From the NCBI GenBank assembly GCA_001643675.2, contig LSRY02000059.1, forward strand, positions 186,001-250,000: DNA of 64,000 nucleotides, written 5' to 3'. The notes under the pieces are model-generated. The model did no database searches. It saw only the letters and a program-made list of their open reading frames with translations, and had not been told where the DNA came from. Source of the stretch: Monocercomonoides exilis PA203 (lineage: Eukaryota > Protista > Preaxostyla). Positions 11,751 through 24,727 of this stretch are shown here, piece after piece; the stretch's first letter is position 1; each line of letters starts with the position of its first letter. Position numbers and translations under genes: made by a program.

Positions 11751-14700
11751 ATGGGCGCTTCACAATCAGCGCCAACAAACAATTCATTATCCTTACTTTT
11801 TACAAAAGATTTAACATGTTTGACTTTTTGTTTCTTGAAGCAACTAATAAAGACTATTTCAACAAAATGCAATAGATGCCGATAGCGACTTCTGGGAGCA
11901 ATTTTTCGAAGAAATTAAATCAAAACGTATTTTAGAAGAAATATCATATGGAATGATAAGACTTCTTTTTCACAGTAAACCAAATAATATAAAGGAAATC
12001 GTCAGACAAATATATGCATTTCTTCTAAGTTTCTGCGGAACCATCAAATCAGAGGATGCAATTCAGGTTATAAACGTATTGTCATTGCTCACCCTCATAA
12101 TATCCATTTCACATGAACCAAAACTTTCGGAATTTGCATCGGAATTATTCTGGTTGGTAAAAGAAGGAGAACCTGAGCCTTTCGGCAAACGTCTCTTGCA
12201 TCTTATAATGCGCCTTGCTTTCTTGCCTGGATTCACCGTTTGTGTGACTCATGAAGAATCTGAGACAAAATATCAAGTCGAGCCATGTCAATCGTGCCTA
12301 ATTTGGTTTCTTTGTTTTATTATTCTGTAAAACATAAAAATTGAAATTGTTTTTTGATGCATTTAAACTCATTACATAAATTTTAAATATTATATGATCG
12401 ATTCAGGGAACAAGGCATTGGGCAACAAGACAAATGCAAATGGACAGAACAATTGGACTCAGCTCGAAGAGTCATCGTTCGATTGTTACTTGTAATAAAT
12501 TCTGCAGCGCTTTATCACATCGCTGCTGATGAGAAAGCTTTGCTTCGTGAAGATCCTTGGGCAGGCTATATGCTTTCTGATGATCTTCCGTTTCGCACCG
12601 AGCTTGTTCTCTCGCTGACTAACTTGGTGTTTTCGTTTGATCCGGTGGCAGCTAAAAAGATGGCTGGAAGAGATCAGAATTTGGAGCTGCGGGCGGCGCT
12701 TGTGCAGGATTCCAGCAGCCTCCTCAGCATTTTAGTGATGCATGTCCCGGTGGATGTTATGATGGAGGAGACTCTGAGCAAGAGACGAGAAGAGGAGAAA
12801 AAGAAGCGAATAGAAAGAATGATAGAGGAAAAGAATAAGAGAATGCTAAAGTTGCAGCAGCAGAAGGAAGAGAAGTGGAAAGAAATTAAAGCAAAAACAA
12901 AAGAAAAAGAAAAAGAAAAAGAGATGGAGAAAGAGAAAGAGAAAGTCGAAAAAGAAGAGAAAGAAGGAGAAAAGAAGATAAATGAGGAAACGCAGCATGT
13001 TGCAATAACATCAACTTTGATTCAAGTGGAAGATAAAACAAAAGAAGAAAAGAGCGAATCAAATGAAGAGAAGACACAAGAGAATCCTTCAAATGCTTCA
13101 GAACCACAAAAAAGCTCAGACGAGGCAGATGGAGTAGATTCACCTGAAGTGCTTAAGGAAAAGGATGTTTCACAAAGTGAAAATGCAACAGATGAAAACT
13201 CAACCAAAGAAGAAATGAAAGATGAAGATGACTTAACAGAGAAGAGAGAAGAAAAGAAAGAGAAAGAAGATGATGTTGAAGTTGAGAAAGAGAACAAAGC
13301 AGGAGATGAAGGTGAAAAGAATGAAACAGATAAAGCAGATGAAACAAAAAAGACAAACGATGAATCAAAGGAAGAAGTCGTCAAGACTGAAAAAGAGAAG
13401 GAAATCGATGTCGATGAAGAGAACAAGGAAAACAATGAAAAGAAAGAAGCAGATGAAAAAGCATCTAACAAACAGGAAGAAGCAGAGACGAAACAATCAG
13501 AAGAGAATTTAACGGCAAAAGAAGAGGCAACCGAAGAGAAAAAGACATCTGCAGATTCTGAAGAGCCGAAGAGTGTTGCTCAAATTGTTGATGAGAAGAC
13601 AAATGAAAGTGCAAATGAAGAGAAAACACAAACAGAAAATGAAAGTTCAAAAGAAAAAGAAGAGGAAAATGTGAAGAGCAACAATGAGAAGATAGAAGAA
13701 AACAAAAATGCAGCTGTTGATATTAAAAGTGAAAATAAAAATGAAGAAAAAGAGGAGGAGGAGGAAGAGGATGATGAAGAGGAAGAAGAAGAAGAGGAGG
13801 AGGAGGAGGAGGAAGACGAAGAAGAAGAGGAAGAGGAAGAAGAAGAAGAGGAAGAGGAAGAAGAAGAAGAAGAAGAAGAAGAATCTGACAAGACCTCAGC
13901 TCAAAAAGCTGCACAAAAAAGAACCATTTATGCACCAAATACCAACAGATACAAAGTCGTTAGCCAAAAAGATCTTCTTCCGAAGAGTCCACAAATGAAC
14001 AGTCGATCTCCTTCTCTTCAACATTCATCGCTTTCAAAGACAACAACAGTCGACGACTTGAATCTGCAGTCACCAGCAGATGGTCATTATACATTGAACA
14101 ACAAGAGTTTAACTCGCTATTCTCCACAAAATTCTGCTTCTGCTTCTGCTTCAAAATTGCCTCAGACTCCCAACACACGCAATGTGATGCCTTCTCTCTC
14201 TCATTCTGCCTCTGAGCAGATTGTCCGCCAAAAGCGCATTCTTTCTCAATCCGCAGGAAACAATGCAAGATCGCCATCGCTCATGCCCAGTCAGACAGCC
14301 AACGAGAGAAGAGCATCCACTCAAGTACGCTCTCCAAGCCAGTCTCTTCCTTCTCTGCCTGTCTACCCCAATCTCTCTTCATTCGGCCACAGCTCTCTTT
14401 CTCAGCCACCTCCTCCTCCGTATTCGTCTGCTGCTCATTCGTATCCTCCTTCTGATCCCTCTGACCCAAGCTATCTCCATCAGCACCCGCAGTTCTTCCG
14501 CGACTTCTTCGCCTTCATCAACAACGAGTACCACATCCGCTTCATCTTCACATCTTGTCTGCCACATCTTTCTACTGCTGCTATTCCTCTGCCTGCTGCC
14601 AGCTTAAACGCAGCTTCAGGCAGCAGCTCTTCAAAAGGAGAGGACAAATCATCTGCTCCTTATTCATTCACCACCACATCCATCTCGCCTTCTTCTGCTT

Positions 14701-16676
14701 CTCCTTCTTCTTCTTCTTCGTCGTCATCATCTTCTTCTTCTCATTCGTCTTCCATTCTCTCAACCGCTTCGTCTGTTCCTGTGCTGCTTGCCCTCATCCA
14801 CCGCATCCTCGTCCACTCGAGACGCTGTCTGGAGCATCTGATTGAACACCCCCCTCTCCTCTTTGCCTTAGTCTCTGCTGCCATCGGGGTGATCTACCAT
14901 TCTGCTCTGCTCTTCCCAACAAAAGCTATCATCACAAGTGCTGCTGAAGAGATTAACTGGCAAATGCAGCGGATGCGCGACAAAACATCTGCAACACAAA
15001 CAAGACCGCCTTTCTCATCGTCTCCTGCCATTCACACGGCTCAGCTGCTGACATCGCAAATACAGGCAGCAAATGGCCTGCTGCTGTTCTTGTCCACAAA
15101 AAGAGATGTGTCTGTTCTGCTGAATGAACCAGATGACAGTGTGTTGGGCGAACAGCTGCGAAGGGAGACGAGAGAGAGGATGGGAATGGGAAGAGGTGGA
15201 TGGCTGCGGAGCGTGCTGTGGAAAGGGGCAAAGAGCGACTGGTCGTACAACGACAGCATCATCCGCTCGATCTCTCTTCTCACTGCACGTTGTGTGCCTG
15301 TTTGTGAGTGCGGGGTGTTTACCACTCTGAACGGGGTGGTGGTGACAATGCTGTCTTTGATGAGCAACTTAGCTTTCTACGCAAAAAGTCTATCGCGCGG
15401 CAGTCTTGCTGAGATTGTGGCGCTGTTTGTGATGCTCTTCAGCAACGGCGATGCGCTGGAGGTGCGACGGAATCCGGTGACGATCCGATTCCGAATGGAG
15501 TGCATGAAAGTGGTGCTTGACACAATCAACACGCTGCTGCAGTATCAGTATGATGGCAACAACACCATCGTGTACTTCATTCTCCTCCATCAGAAGGACT
15601 TCCTCGCTCTGACTGTGCCGCTGGCACAGCCGAAGAAAATTGTGCGAAAGAAGCAAGTTCGAAACAGCACAGAATCAGACATCTTCGACCTGCCATCAGC
15701 TGCAACCATCAGAAAATCGTCGCCTGCTCTCTCTCAGTCACTCGAGTCTTATTCGTCGCCTTCATCGGCACAGTCGCACAACAGACTGCCTCCAAATGCA
15801 TCGGCTTCCTTTTCTGATTCTTCTGATTCTTCAAATGTTGATTCATCTGCAACCTCTTCAGAGGTTCCAACTCCTCTTCATTCGGACACACATTCAGATG
15901 ATGTCACAGCAACTCCATCAAAAGCCAAAGAAGAGCAGAACGTTCAAACAACACCATCGAAAGCAGAAACTTATCAATCCACAACTCAAATTCGTTCACA
16001 GCAATTGCCAGCTTTGTCTTCTCCACAGCGAAATCACACTCTTTCTCTGGCTGAATCCAAATCCAAAACAGAAAGAGTCAATTCTGACTCTCATCTGGAC
16101 GATCTGCCACATTCAGTGTATGTTTCTCGTATTCGTATGATGGAGCAGCTGCGACTGTCGCTTCCACTGCTGCCTGCCTTCTCTCTCATCCACAATCTCC
16201 TCCCTCTGTTTCATACGCACCTTTCCTCTTCTGCGCAGCCTTTCTCTCCTTCTTCATCTTCCTCTCCACACATCACCGATATGCTCATTTTGCCTTCACC
16301 TTCTCACTCTTCTTTGTGGGGTTCCTCTGAACCTGAATTTCGCATCACAGACGATGAGAAGTGGTGTGTAGATAAACTGGACAAGATGACGTTGGTGGGC
16401 ATATTGCCACATCCCCATCATGTTGTTATGAAGAAGCTCGACAGAAACATTAGAGTCGTTTTATGGGAAAGAGAGCTCATGTGGGTTTGTTATTGTTTGA
16501 TTAACATTGTTTTTATTAATCATATTTCAATGAATAATTGTTGTTTATTTCCTCTTTTATTTTTAATAAACATTCATCTGCAGAGATGCATCGTGCGCGT
16601 GTCTGATAACTTGTGGGATCCGAACTCCATTGCACTTTTCCCTGCTTTACCTCATACAGCTTTTTCACGTGAATAA
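11751..16676 (+). CDS. HID1: HID1/dymeclin-family Golgi/TGN protein with large acidic and Ser-rich insertions
   Basis: MGASQS myristoylation-type start, DFWEQF, LAFLPGFTV, IWEQGIG (spliced), INTLLQYQYDGNNTIVYFIL, TLVGILPHPH. Several introns, including 16485-16583. Confidence 0.85.
13751..13883 (+). repeat. GAA/GAG coding repeat encoding poly-Glu
   Basis: About 40 consecutive E/D codons in the HID1 insertion. Confidence 0.9.
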
Positions 16677-17437
16677 TACATCGGTTGTTCAACTCTTTGA
16701 CTATTAAGTTTTGTGTGTTTTTTATCAAATTGTTTATTGTTGTTCTTTCTTTTGATAGATATTAGATGTTTCTCACCTCAACTTTCTTTTAATGCTTTAT
16801 TTTTCGAATTTGAGGAATTTTAAACACTTTATTTTTCTTTTTTTATGTAAATATTGAAATAACTTTTCAATCTTATTATCGGCCAATTCTAATAATTTTA
16901 AAATATTTTCACTATCATTTCTTTAACATTTAAAAATATGTGTATGCGTTTAATTGGTATATTTTTTGTGAAAATATTTTTTTCATAAATAAATAATGAT
17001 TAATTTTTTTTATTTTTTGAAAATTGATAAATAATGCATAAACAATTATTTTGCAAGGATGTTTTTTTTCTTCTCAAAAATGTCAAACTACTCTAAATTT
17101 TGTTGAATATTTTCATTTCGTGAACAAAAATGAATGAATGTTATTTTTCTTAACTTTTTTCACAAAAAATCCATTCATGAGTGACTTCTTCAGATCTCAA
17201 AGAAAAAAGAGTTTGACAATACACCTCTTGCTTTTTCTTGTGATAATAAAAAAATTTTTAAATCTTTAACGGATAATTATTTTTCTTATTAAGGTAAATT
17301 TTTGATCTTTCAAACTTTTTTCTCACAAAGAATATCGAGATTGATTCACTGATAATGTTTTCTTAACAAATTCAGATATTAAAATTAGACCTGTGCGACA
17401 CGACATGCAGTTTTTTCACACAGTCAGTCACTAAAAA

Positions 17438-17439
<2 letters not shown>

Positions 17440-17494
<55 letters not shown>
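17440..17494 (+). repeat. Poly(A) tract, 55 nt
   Basis: Homopolymer just inside the left TIR. Confidence 0.95.
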
Positions 17495-17496
<2 letters not shown>

Positions 17497-17999
17497 TCTT
17501 TAAATTCTTATTTTTTTTTTAATGCCAACATGTTAATGAAAACCTTTAACAAAATGAACAAATTAAAAATAACTGCCTTTTTTTCTTCAAAATTATGTCA
17601 GATCATGCGAACCATAATAACGTCAACAAATAAATGATTTTAAGCATTCATAAAAATGATTTGTTATTTATGCCAAACTACCCAAAAAATGGTTTGAATG
17701 CTCATATTCATGTGATCATTTTGAGTTAAAATAATTCATAAATTACTACAACCCGAATTCATGAAGGATTTCATTTGAATGATTAAAATCTCGCGTTTTC
17801 TGTTTGAAATGCATTTACTATGACGCTGAAGGCAGACTCCAATGACGAAATCATTTGTTAGTGTTCATTACAAAATTCAAAATTTTGCATATTTTATTTC
17901 TTTTATTTGTTTTTTTATTAGATAGTTTGATAAGAACTTTTCTTGAAAATGATTACTTTAATCGAAAAATACCATCAGAGACATCACAATCTTACCCTC

Positions 18000-18620
18000 C
18001 TTGTAAATCAGTCTGCTTGGCAGTATTATTTAAAGATTTGAGGATAATAGAAATTGAAAAGGAATTCTTACAAATGAGCTGCATTTTTTGAGAGAGGCAA
18101 GAAAAGAAAAGAAAGAGCTGATAAAGAGCATGAATTTGAAGTGAGAAAAAGAAAAAAGAAGGAATGAAACGAAAGAAAAGCTTGTAAAAGTGGGATGGCT
18201 GCAACTATTAGTGTTTTATTTTCGCTGTTTTCAATTTAGGAATAAAGAATTTGGTAAACTTATCAGTAGCATTGTTCAGTTATTTCGAGCATCAAGGGAC
18301 AATCACAGAGAAATAAGAAAGCAATGCATTTATCTTTTGGGAAAAGCAGCGAAAATCAGAGCTGTGAAAGTTGAAGCCTTGCTGAAAGGCGGAGCAATTG
18401 ATGTTATTTTGGAGGTGATACAGAAACTGATAAAGGATGACGAAATGACATTTTTTTATTGAAAATTTTCGATGAGTTTTTAAGTCGATTGAAAGAAAAG
18501 GAGAAAGATGAAATGGAAGAATAGAAAAGAAAGGCAACCAAAATGAAGATTCTTGAAAAGATGGAAGAAAAAAAATACGAATATTGCATCTCCACATTTC
18601 ATAACGGAACTTTTTTTCTC
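18000..18620 (+). pseudogene. Decayed fragment of a helical/ARM-like host gene inside the hAT element
   Basis: Protein-like translation (NELHFLREARKEKKEL...SIVQLFRASRDNHREI...LLKGGAIDVILEVIQ...RLKEKEKDEMEE*KRKATKMKILEKMEE) broken by stops at 18142, 18460 and 18522 plus a frameshift. Confidence 0.65.
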
Positions 18621-20907
18621 AACGAAAATCTTTTCATGTTTAACCATTAGATATTTCTGACAATTTTGCGAATACATGAACAAATGCTTCTCATTTTGTT
18701 TTTTGAATGATGATTTTTCTCTTTTTTCATCATTTTAAAAAAACTTCAGGAAAATTGCAACATGATTTTTTAATGAAAAATTTAACCTTTTTTTATCTCA
18801 CTTTATTTTGAAAAATGAATGTTAAAAATTAAAGTGAGAAATCTTCTGAGCCTTATTTATTATCTTCTGTTCTTCAAAAAACATCCTCAAATAATTTTCT
18901 CTTTTAGAGATTAATGAGGAAAAAAATTTGCACTTGTTCATTCATGGTTTCTTGTGATTATTCCAAAGCTTTGATAATTATTTCTATGTTTCTTCTGAAA
19001 TTTTTTCCTATATCTTTGTTGAACCAAATATGTTTTTGTTTAAAAGAGCGAAATGAGAATAAAACGAAAAATCAATCAATCAACATTTCTCACAGCTACG
19101 AGAAGAAGAATTTAACAAAAATGTACCTTTTTTGATCGAAAAAATGATGTAAAAAAACGAATGATCATTGTGATGAAAAAATTTACATAAATTCCGCTTC
19201 AAAAAATTAAATAAATATACGCTGACCGATTAAGCTGAAGTGGGTGTTTTCTGCTTTTGAATGCATAAGATAGTTTTCCAACTCAATCTGTGGATCTGAA
19301 AATATTGTTTAATTATTTCTAAAAATATGATTAATAACAACACATCAGGTTGTTTTTTCATTTGCTTCAAACAAATCAAGTGCTCTTAATTTGAAGAACT
19401 CCAAATAAAAACTCTTTTGTTCTATCAGATTCAATGCTGAAAACAAGTATTATTTTTCATCAATATCTCAAAAGCAACCAGCATTTATTGTCACAATGAA
19501 TTCCAAAATATCTTGAACAATATCTTCGAAAGATGTTCTTTTTGCTCATAGCTCAGAAAAAATCCTTTGCTTATTGATTCATAGCAAATGAGTTAACAAA
19601 ACGCAAGAAATAACTAAACAAAACTTTGCATATATTTGTTTCATGTCACATATACAAGTGAACAAAATTATGATCTTCTTTCTTTCGCTTCTTCTTGCGA
19701 TTTAACTTGTCTCTTTTTTGGAAAAAACGAACTAAATTAATTGTCTCTGAAATGTTATGGTTTCATATTATCAGAAATTAAAATCTCAATGTTATTATTG
19801 CATTTTTGTTCATTAAATTCTTTTGCTTATTTTTTTCCAACTCTTTCACATTTCTGACTTGTGACAAGTCAGTGACAGAAGTGACTTACAGTGGCTTTTT
19901 TAATTCCAAGATTCGCTGATCTTGTCACTGAACCATTTTTCATTTTTGTTATTTTCAAATTTTGACGTTCTTTTTTCGTTTTCAAACAGATATTGATTCA
20001 TTTATTATTTAATAACAAATTCCAATTCGAAAGGAACCTCACTCTCATTTTTCAAAAATTTTTTCATAAAATGAATTTTCTAACAAATGAAGGTTTTGAT
20101 CATGAAATAATTGGCTCGTCGGTCACCTGTGTCAGTAACTGGCAAATTTTGCCACTTGTCGCATAGGTCTAATTAAAATGAATTGAATGGTTTGATATGT
20201 TAACAGGCAAAAAAGATCTGATATCATGCTGTTTTGTTTCAGTGTTTAAATTCGAAAAGAAACACCATTAAAAATAGATTTCTCGAGAAAAAAACTTTTA
20301 AGGAGATTAATTCAAACAAACGAATAAGAAAGAGGTTCAGTATTTTGTTCCATATTTCTTCAAACCTTATTGGACAAATTAATTTGTGGAGTTTTGAATG
20401 GTGAACACTTTCAATAACTGGTGACAGCCGCATTATCTCAAATATTGTTGACAGTTGATTTTCGTCAATTCACTAAGTTATTTCCTCTATCATTGCAAAC
20501 TTATATGAATTGTTTTTTTCATTCATCCAATACGATGAAATTGTCTGAAAATTGTTTTCTCTTTTCAAAGAAAAACGAAGTGTCTAATTTTTCTGAGTTT
20601 TGGAAAAAATTGAAAATGAATTTTTCTTTTGTTTTTTGAAACAAACTGTTTCATTTCTGATAATCTTTATGTTTGTATTCATGAGTGAATAATTGGGTTT
20701 ATTGTCGAAAATTTTCCTTCAACAACCTTCGACATATTATGACAGTCAACAATTATTGAATGTGCCCACGTTATTAACACAAACTATATTAATATATACC
20801 CACCTGTTATTCCTAACTTTTTGTGCTTTTATTTCATAAAAAGTTTAAAAAAACATTTAAAATGCTTCAACATATATTTTTTTGCAAAAATGATAAATGA
20901 ATCATTC

Positions 20908-20939
<32 letters not shown>

Positions 20940-21604
20940 ATATTGGAAGTGTTAAATTCAATAAAAATTAATAATAAATAAAAATAAAATAAATTGAAAG
21001 AAAACAAGCAAGAAAGAAAGTTTAACTTTGGTTAAAAATGAATTAAAAAAAAATTTCTGTTAATATTTTTTATTTTATATATATATTTTTTTCTTTTAGG
21101 AAATAAATTTTTTAAAGAAATATGATTTTTTTTATTTTGCTAATTGAATGCATCAAATAGAAATATGAATTATTGCTTGCAAGTCACCTTTGATGGAAAA
21201 GAATTCATTTGCATTGAAAAATATTGATCAATATCAGATTAACAATTTACAACATTTTTTAAGCTAACGAATAATGACATAGATATATTTTTGTAAATTA
21301 TACTTCCGTATCATTTCAATCAATATTTTTGTAAATTAATATTTGAAACAATAAAAGAGAAATTACTTTGTATTTTTAAAGAAACGTACAATCAGATTAA
21401 TTTTGTGCAACTTAATTTTTCTTATGATGAATGGTAGTTAAGATTGCAGTTGTTGAAATGAAAGAAAGAAAATGAGATGAAAAGGATTCATGTAAAAATT
21501 CACTTTTTCTTTTTTCGAAAATGTAAAGCAGAATAATGCCAATTCCAGAATTAAATACAAACTGACCTTTTTGATTTATAAAAAAATTATTATGTCTTTT
21601 GAAA

Positions 21605-23566
21605 CTATTGTATTCTAGCGATTCCACCTCTTCCTCTTCCCCTTGATTTTGCAGCAAGACTTCTAACTTGAGATCCAGGCTGTTCTGATTGTGCACTTTT
21701 GATTGTCTCATCGATCGACAAAACAAGGCAAGCTGCTTCTGTTGCCGCACTAATTGCATTGATCTTCATTGATGCAGGTTCCCAGATGCAGCTTTCAAAT
21801 GAATCCAAAATTCCCTCTTCGCTAATGTCAACTCCCATCGATTTCTCACCCTTATGATGTGCTGCCCGCAACTTCTCAACAACCGTTGTTGAATCGAATC
21901 CTGCATTTTCTACCAATTGTCTGGGAATAACTTCAAGTGCAGCTGCATAAGCTCCAATAATCAGCTGCTCCTTTCCAGGAATTGTGATTGCAAAATCTCT
22001 CAAACGTTTGCTCAGCTCCATCTCAACAGCGCCAGCACCAGGAAGCACAGCAGAATGTTTAATCGTTCTGCGCACAACCATAATCGCATCGTGAACAGAT
22101 CTTTCCATTTCTTCCAGGAATTTTGTTGCACCACCTCGAAGAACAATTGTGGCAGTTTTTGCCTTTGGGCATCCAGTGAAATAGTTGAATCTTTCACCTC
22201 CAACTTGTTTCTCCTCAAACAAGTCGCATGTTCCGACACACGAAGCAGGAAGATCATTTGTTGTGCTCTGAATGGTAATGCCAAGAGCTTTTGAAGTGCG
22301 TTCAAGATCCTAAAAGATTTTGATGTATCATCAGCAATAATATTTATTTAATTCAAAAAGGAACAACAACAACAACAATAATAATAATAATAAAAGAATG
22401 TTAAAGAAGAGCCATTATTCTAAAATTTCAGTATTAATGTCGAAACCTCTTGTGCAACACGTCCAGCGCAGAATATGTTGCGATCTGCAAAGTACTGAGT
22501 TGCAAGATCACCAATGGCAAGACGAGAAAGAACAATGTTAGCTCCAGTTTCAATAATTTGATCCAATTTCTTGAAAATAATTTTCCATTCTGCATCAACA
22601 AAAGCTTGATATTCCGCTGGATCTTTGATATGCAATTCTGCTTTGGTATTCTCATTTTTCAATTCCAATTCAACGTTTAACAAAATAACTTTTGGATTTG
22701 GTATCTTCTTTGGCTGTTGTTCAAATCCAGCATATGAAAAGGTTTTCTTGAAAGCAACACCACGAACTAATTCAGAGTCTTCCATTGCTCCACCAACAAC
22801 TTGCTTGATTCCAATCATATCCAACGGTAAGCTTTCATCAAGTGATTTCACGGCTCCAACAACAATTTCACCAAAATGTTTTTTGTAAGGGGCAATTAAT
22901 TTGCTGTTCATTGCAGTTACAGCGACTTTGTAAAGCATATCATCAGTCTCCCTGAAAAAAATTTGCATTAACTTTCTTTTTCAAAATACAAAATAAAACA
23001 ACATACTCCTTTGTTTTTCCTTGAACGGAATATTTCATCTCCTCCATATGCTTTCTTGCTTCTGCACTTGCTCTATGAAATGCTCTAATCACAATTTGTG
23101 GTGAAACTCCTTCTTCAATATATGACTTTGCACCTTTTAAAAAGGAAGTTGCTAAAAGAAGCACAGATGTTGTTCCATCACCGATCTATTCAAAATATAA
23201 GAATAGAAGACAAAATTGAACAGAAATCTAACGTCTACACAAGCAATGTTTAAATTCTTAATAAACCTCTGCATCTTGTGAAAGCGCAATATCCGCAAGC
23301 GTTCTTGCCACAGGCTCCTCAGGATTGAGTAAACGAACGATGGTCGCTCCATCGTTAGTAATAGTAGATTTTCCTTGCTGGGTAACAATCATTTTGTCAA
23401 GCCCACGTGGACCAAGGGTTGATTTGATCATTGCGGCCAATGATTCACAAACATTGATATTGTGAATAAGCTGGGGAATACCTTGAGAGGTATCCGTCCC
23501 TTCGCGCAGTAAAATAATTTTTGGCTGAACTCCAAATGGAATCTGTGGAACGCCTCTGGTGGCCAT
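21605..23566 (-). CDS. CCT7: T-complex protein 1 subunit eta (CCT7), multi-exon
   Basis: [99 protein letters not shown]. Confidence 0.97.
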
Positions 23567-23827
23567 GAAATATTCAAGAATAAGATCGTGCCCGTTATAA
23601 AAAAGAGAAAAGAAATTTAGTGAAATTTCATTAATCATTATTTGTAACTTCAATATAAAACATATAAAAGCAATATTAAATGAATTGGAAAAAAATATCC
23701 CTTTGATGAATTATCTTTAAGATTAAATTGAAACACTGGAATATCTTAAAAAGTGCAACACATTTCGATAAATCACAAATCTGAAAAGTATAAATATAAT
23801 AAATACAACGTTGTACAACATTTTATT

Positions 23828-24263
23828 TCAAGTTTTGGACGAGTTTTTCTTTTCTTTTTGAGATAATTCACTTTTATTGTCTTCAGTTGAGGAATCATCC
23901 TTATCGGTATCTTTATCATTATCTCGATCTGAATAATCATTTTCGCTACTTGATGAATCAAAATCATCATCTTGAACAAACACCCAATGTTTTCCTTCGC
24001 TCTCTCGTTTCCAATCAATAAAATATTGCTTTTTTTTAATTCTTTCCTTCCATTCATCCGCTTCTTGTTGATGCGACTTCTTCTTCTTTTCTCTCAACTG
24101 AGAGCGTACGTGCATCGTGGCTTTCCATGTGGAAAATTGAGTACTGTTATTTTTGTACAAATCATGCTTTATTTCTCTAAAAAATGATTGTTAAATATAA
24201 TATTCTTCAAATCATAAAATATAGATATCAAAGTTCATACTGTTTTTGTTCTATTAATGACAT
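23828..24263 (-). CDS. Small hypothetical charged protein (two exons)
   Basis: MSLIEQK|QEIKHDLYK joins in phase through a GTATGA...TTTAG intron to the 23828-24160 ORF; basic middle and acidic tail; no family recognised. Confidence 0.45.
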
Positions 24264-24727
24264 TAAAAATTACCCTCGCTCAAAAAGCTTTTAAGATAAT
24301 TCAAAGAAAAAATTCCCATACCTTTTTGTTCTTGAAAACCTTTTTAACTTGTCATTTGAAAAAATGAAAAACATCAAAAGAAATTTTAAGAATAACTTCA
24401 AAATAACAAGTTCAATCGAAACCTTGAATTTTCAAATACTTAAAGTTGTGAATCACCATATGAATATTTTCTTGAACTTGAAACAAATTTCCAGAATCTT
24501 TTATTGTCTTTTTTTAATCAACCAATGCTTATTCGAATCATTTTTATCAAGAATAAACTTTCTTCTTGTTTTTCAATTTGCACACAATAAATAATTTTAT
24601 TTATTTGAAGATTATTTATCTTATTAAAACGACAACATCGACGGAAGTTTGCCTTAAATTCTATTAATAACTATTATTTATTTCATAAGAAAGAATTCGA
24701 ATAGATTAACCTTTGAACTGTGGTGGA

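Larger units (their letters stand above)
17386..20171. mobile_element. Non-autonomous hAT-type DNA transposon (2,786 bp)
   Basis: TIRs TAGACCTGTGCGACA (17386-17400) and TGTCGCATAGGTCTA (20157-20171) match 14/15. Perfect 8-bp flanking direct repeat ATTAAAAT (17378-17385 and 20172-20179). Subterminal GTGAC/GTCAC motifs. No intact transposase ORF. Confidence 0.85.

Noticed and set aside
17433-17494. Poly(A) as the tail of a retroposon
   Set aside because: No upstream retroelement body or separate TSD; it lies ~50 bp inside the hAT terminus.
20438-20760. Weak inverted similarity (ATTGTTGAC / GTCAACAAT) suggesting another MITE
   Set aside because: Only ~9 bp of perfect match in AT-rich DNA and no TSD.
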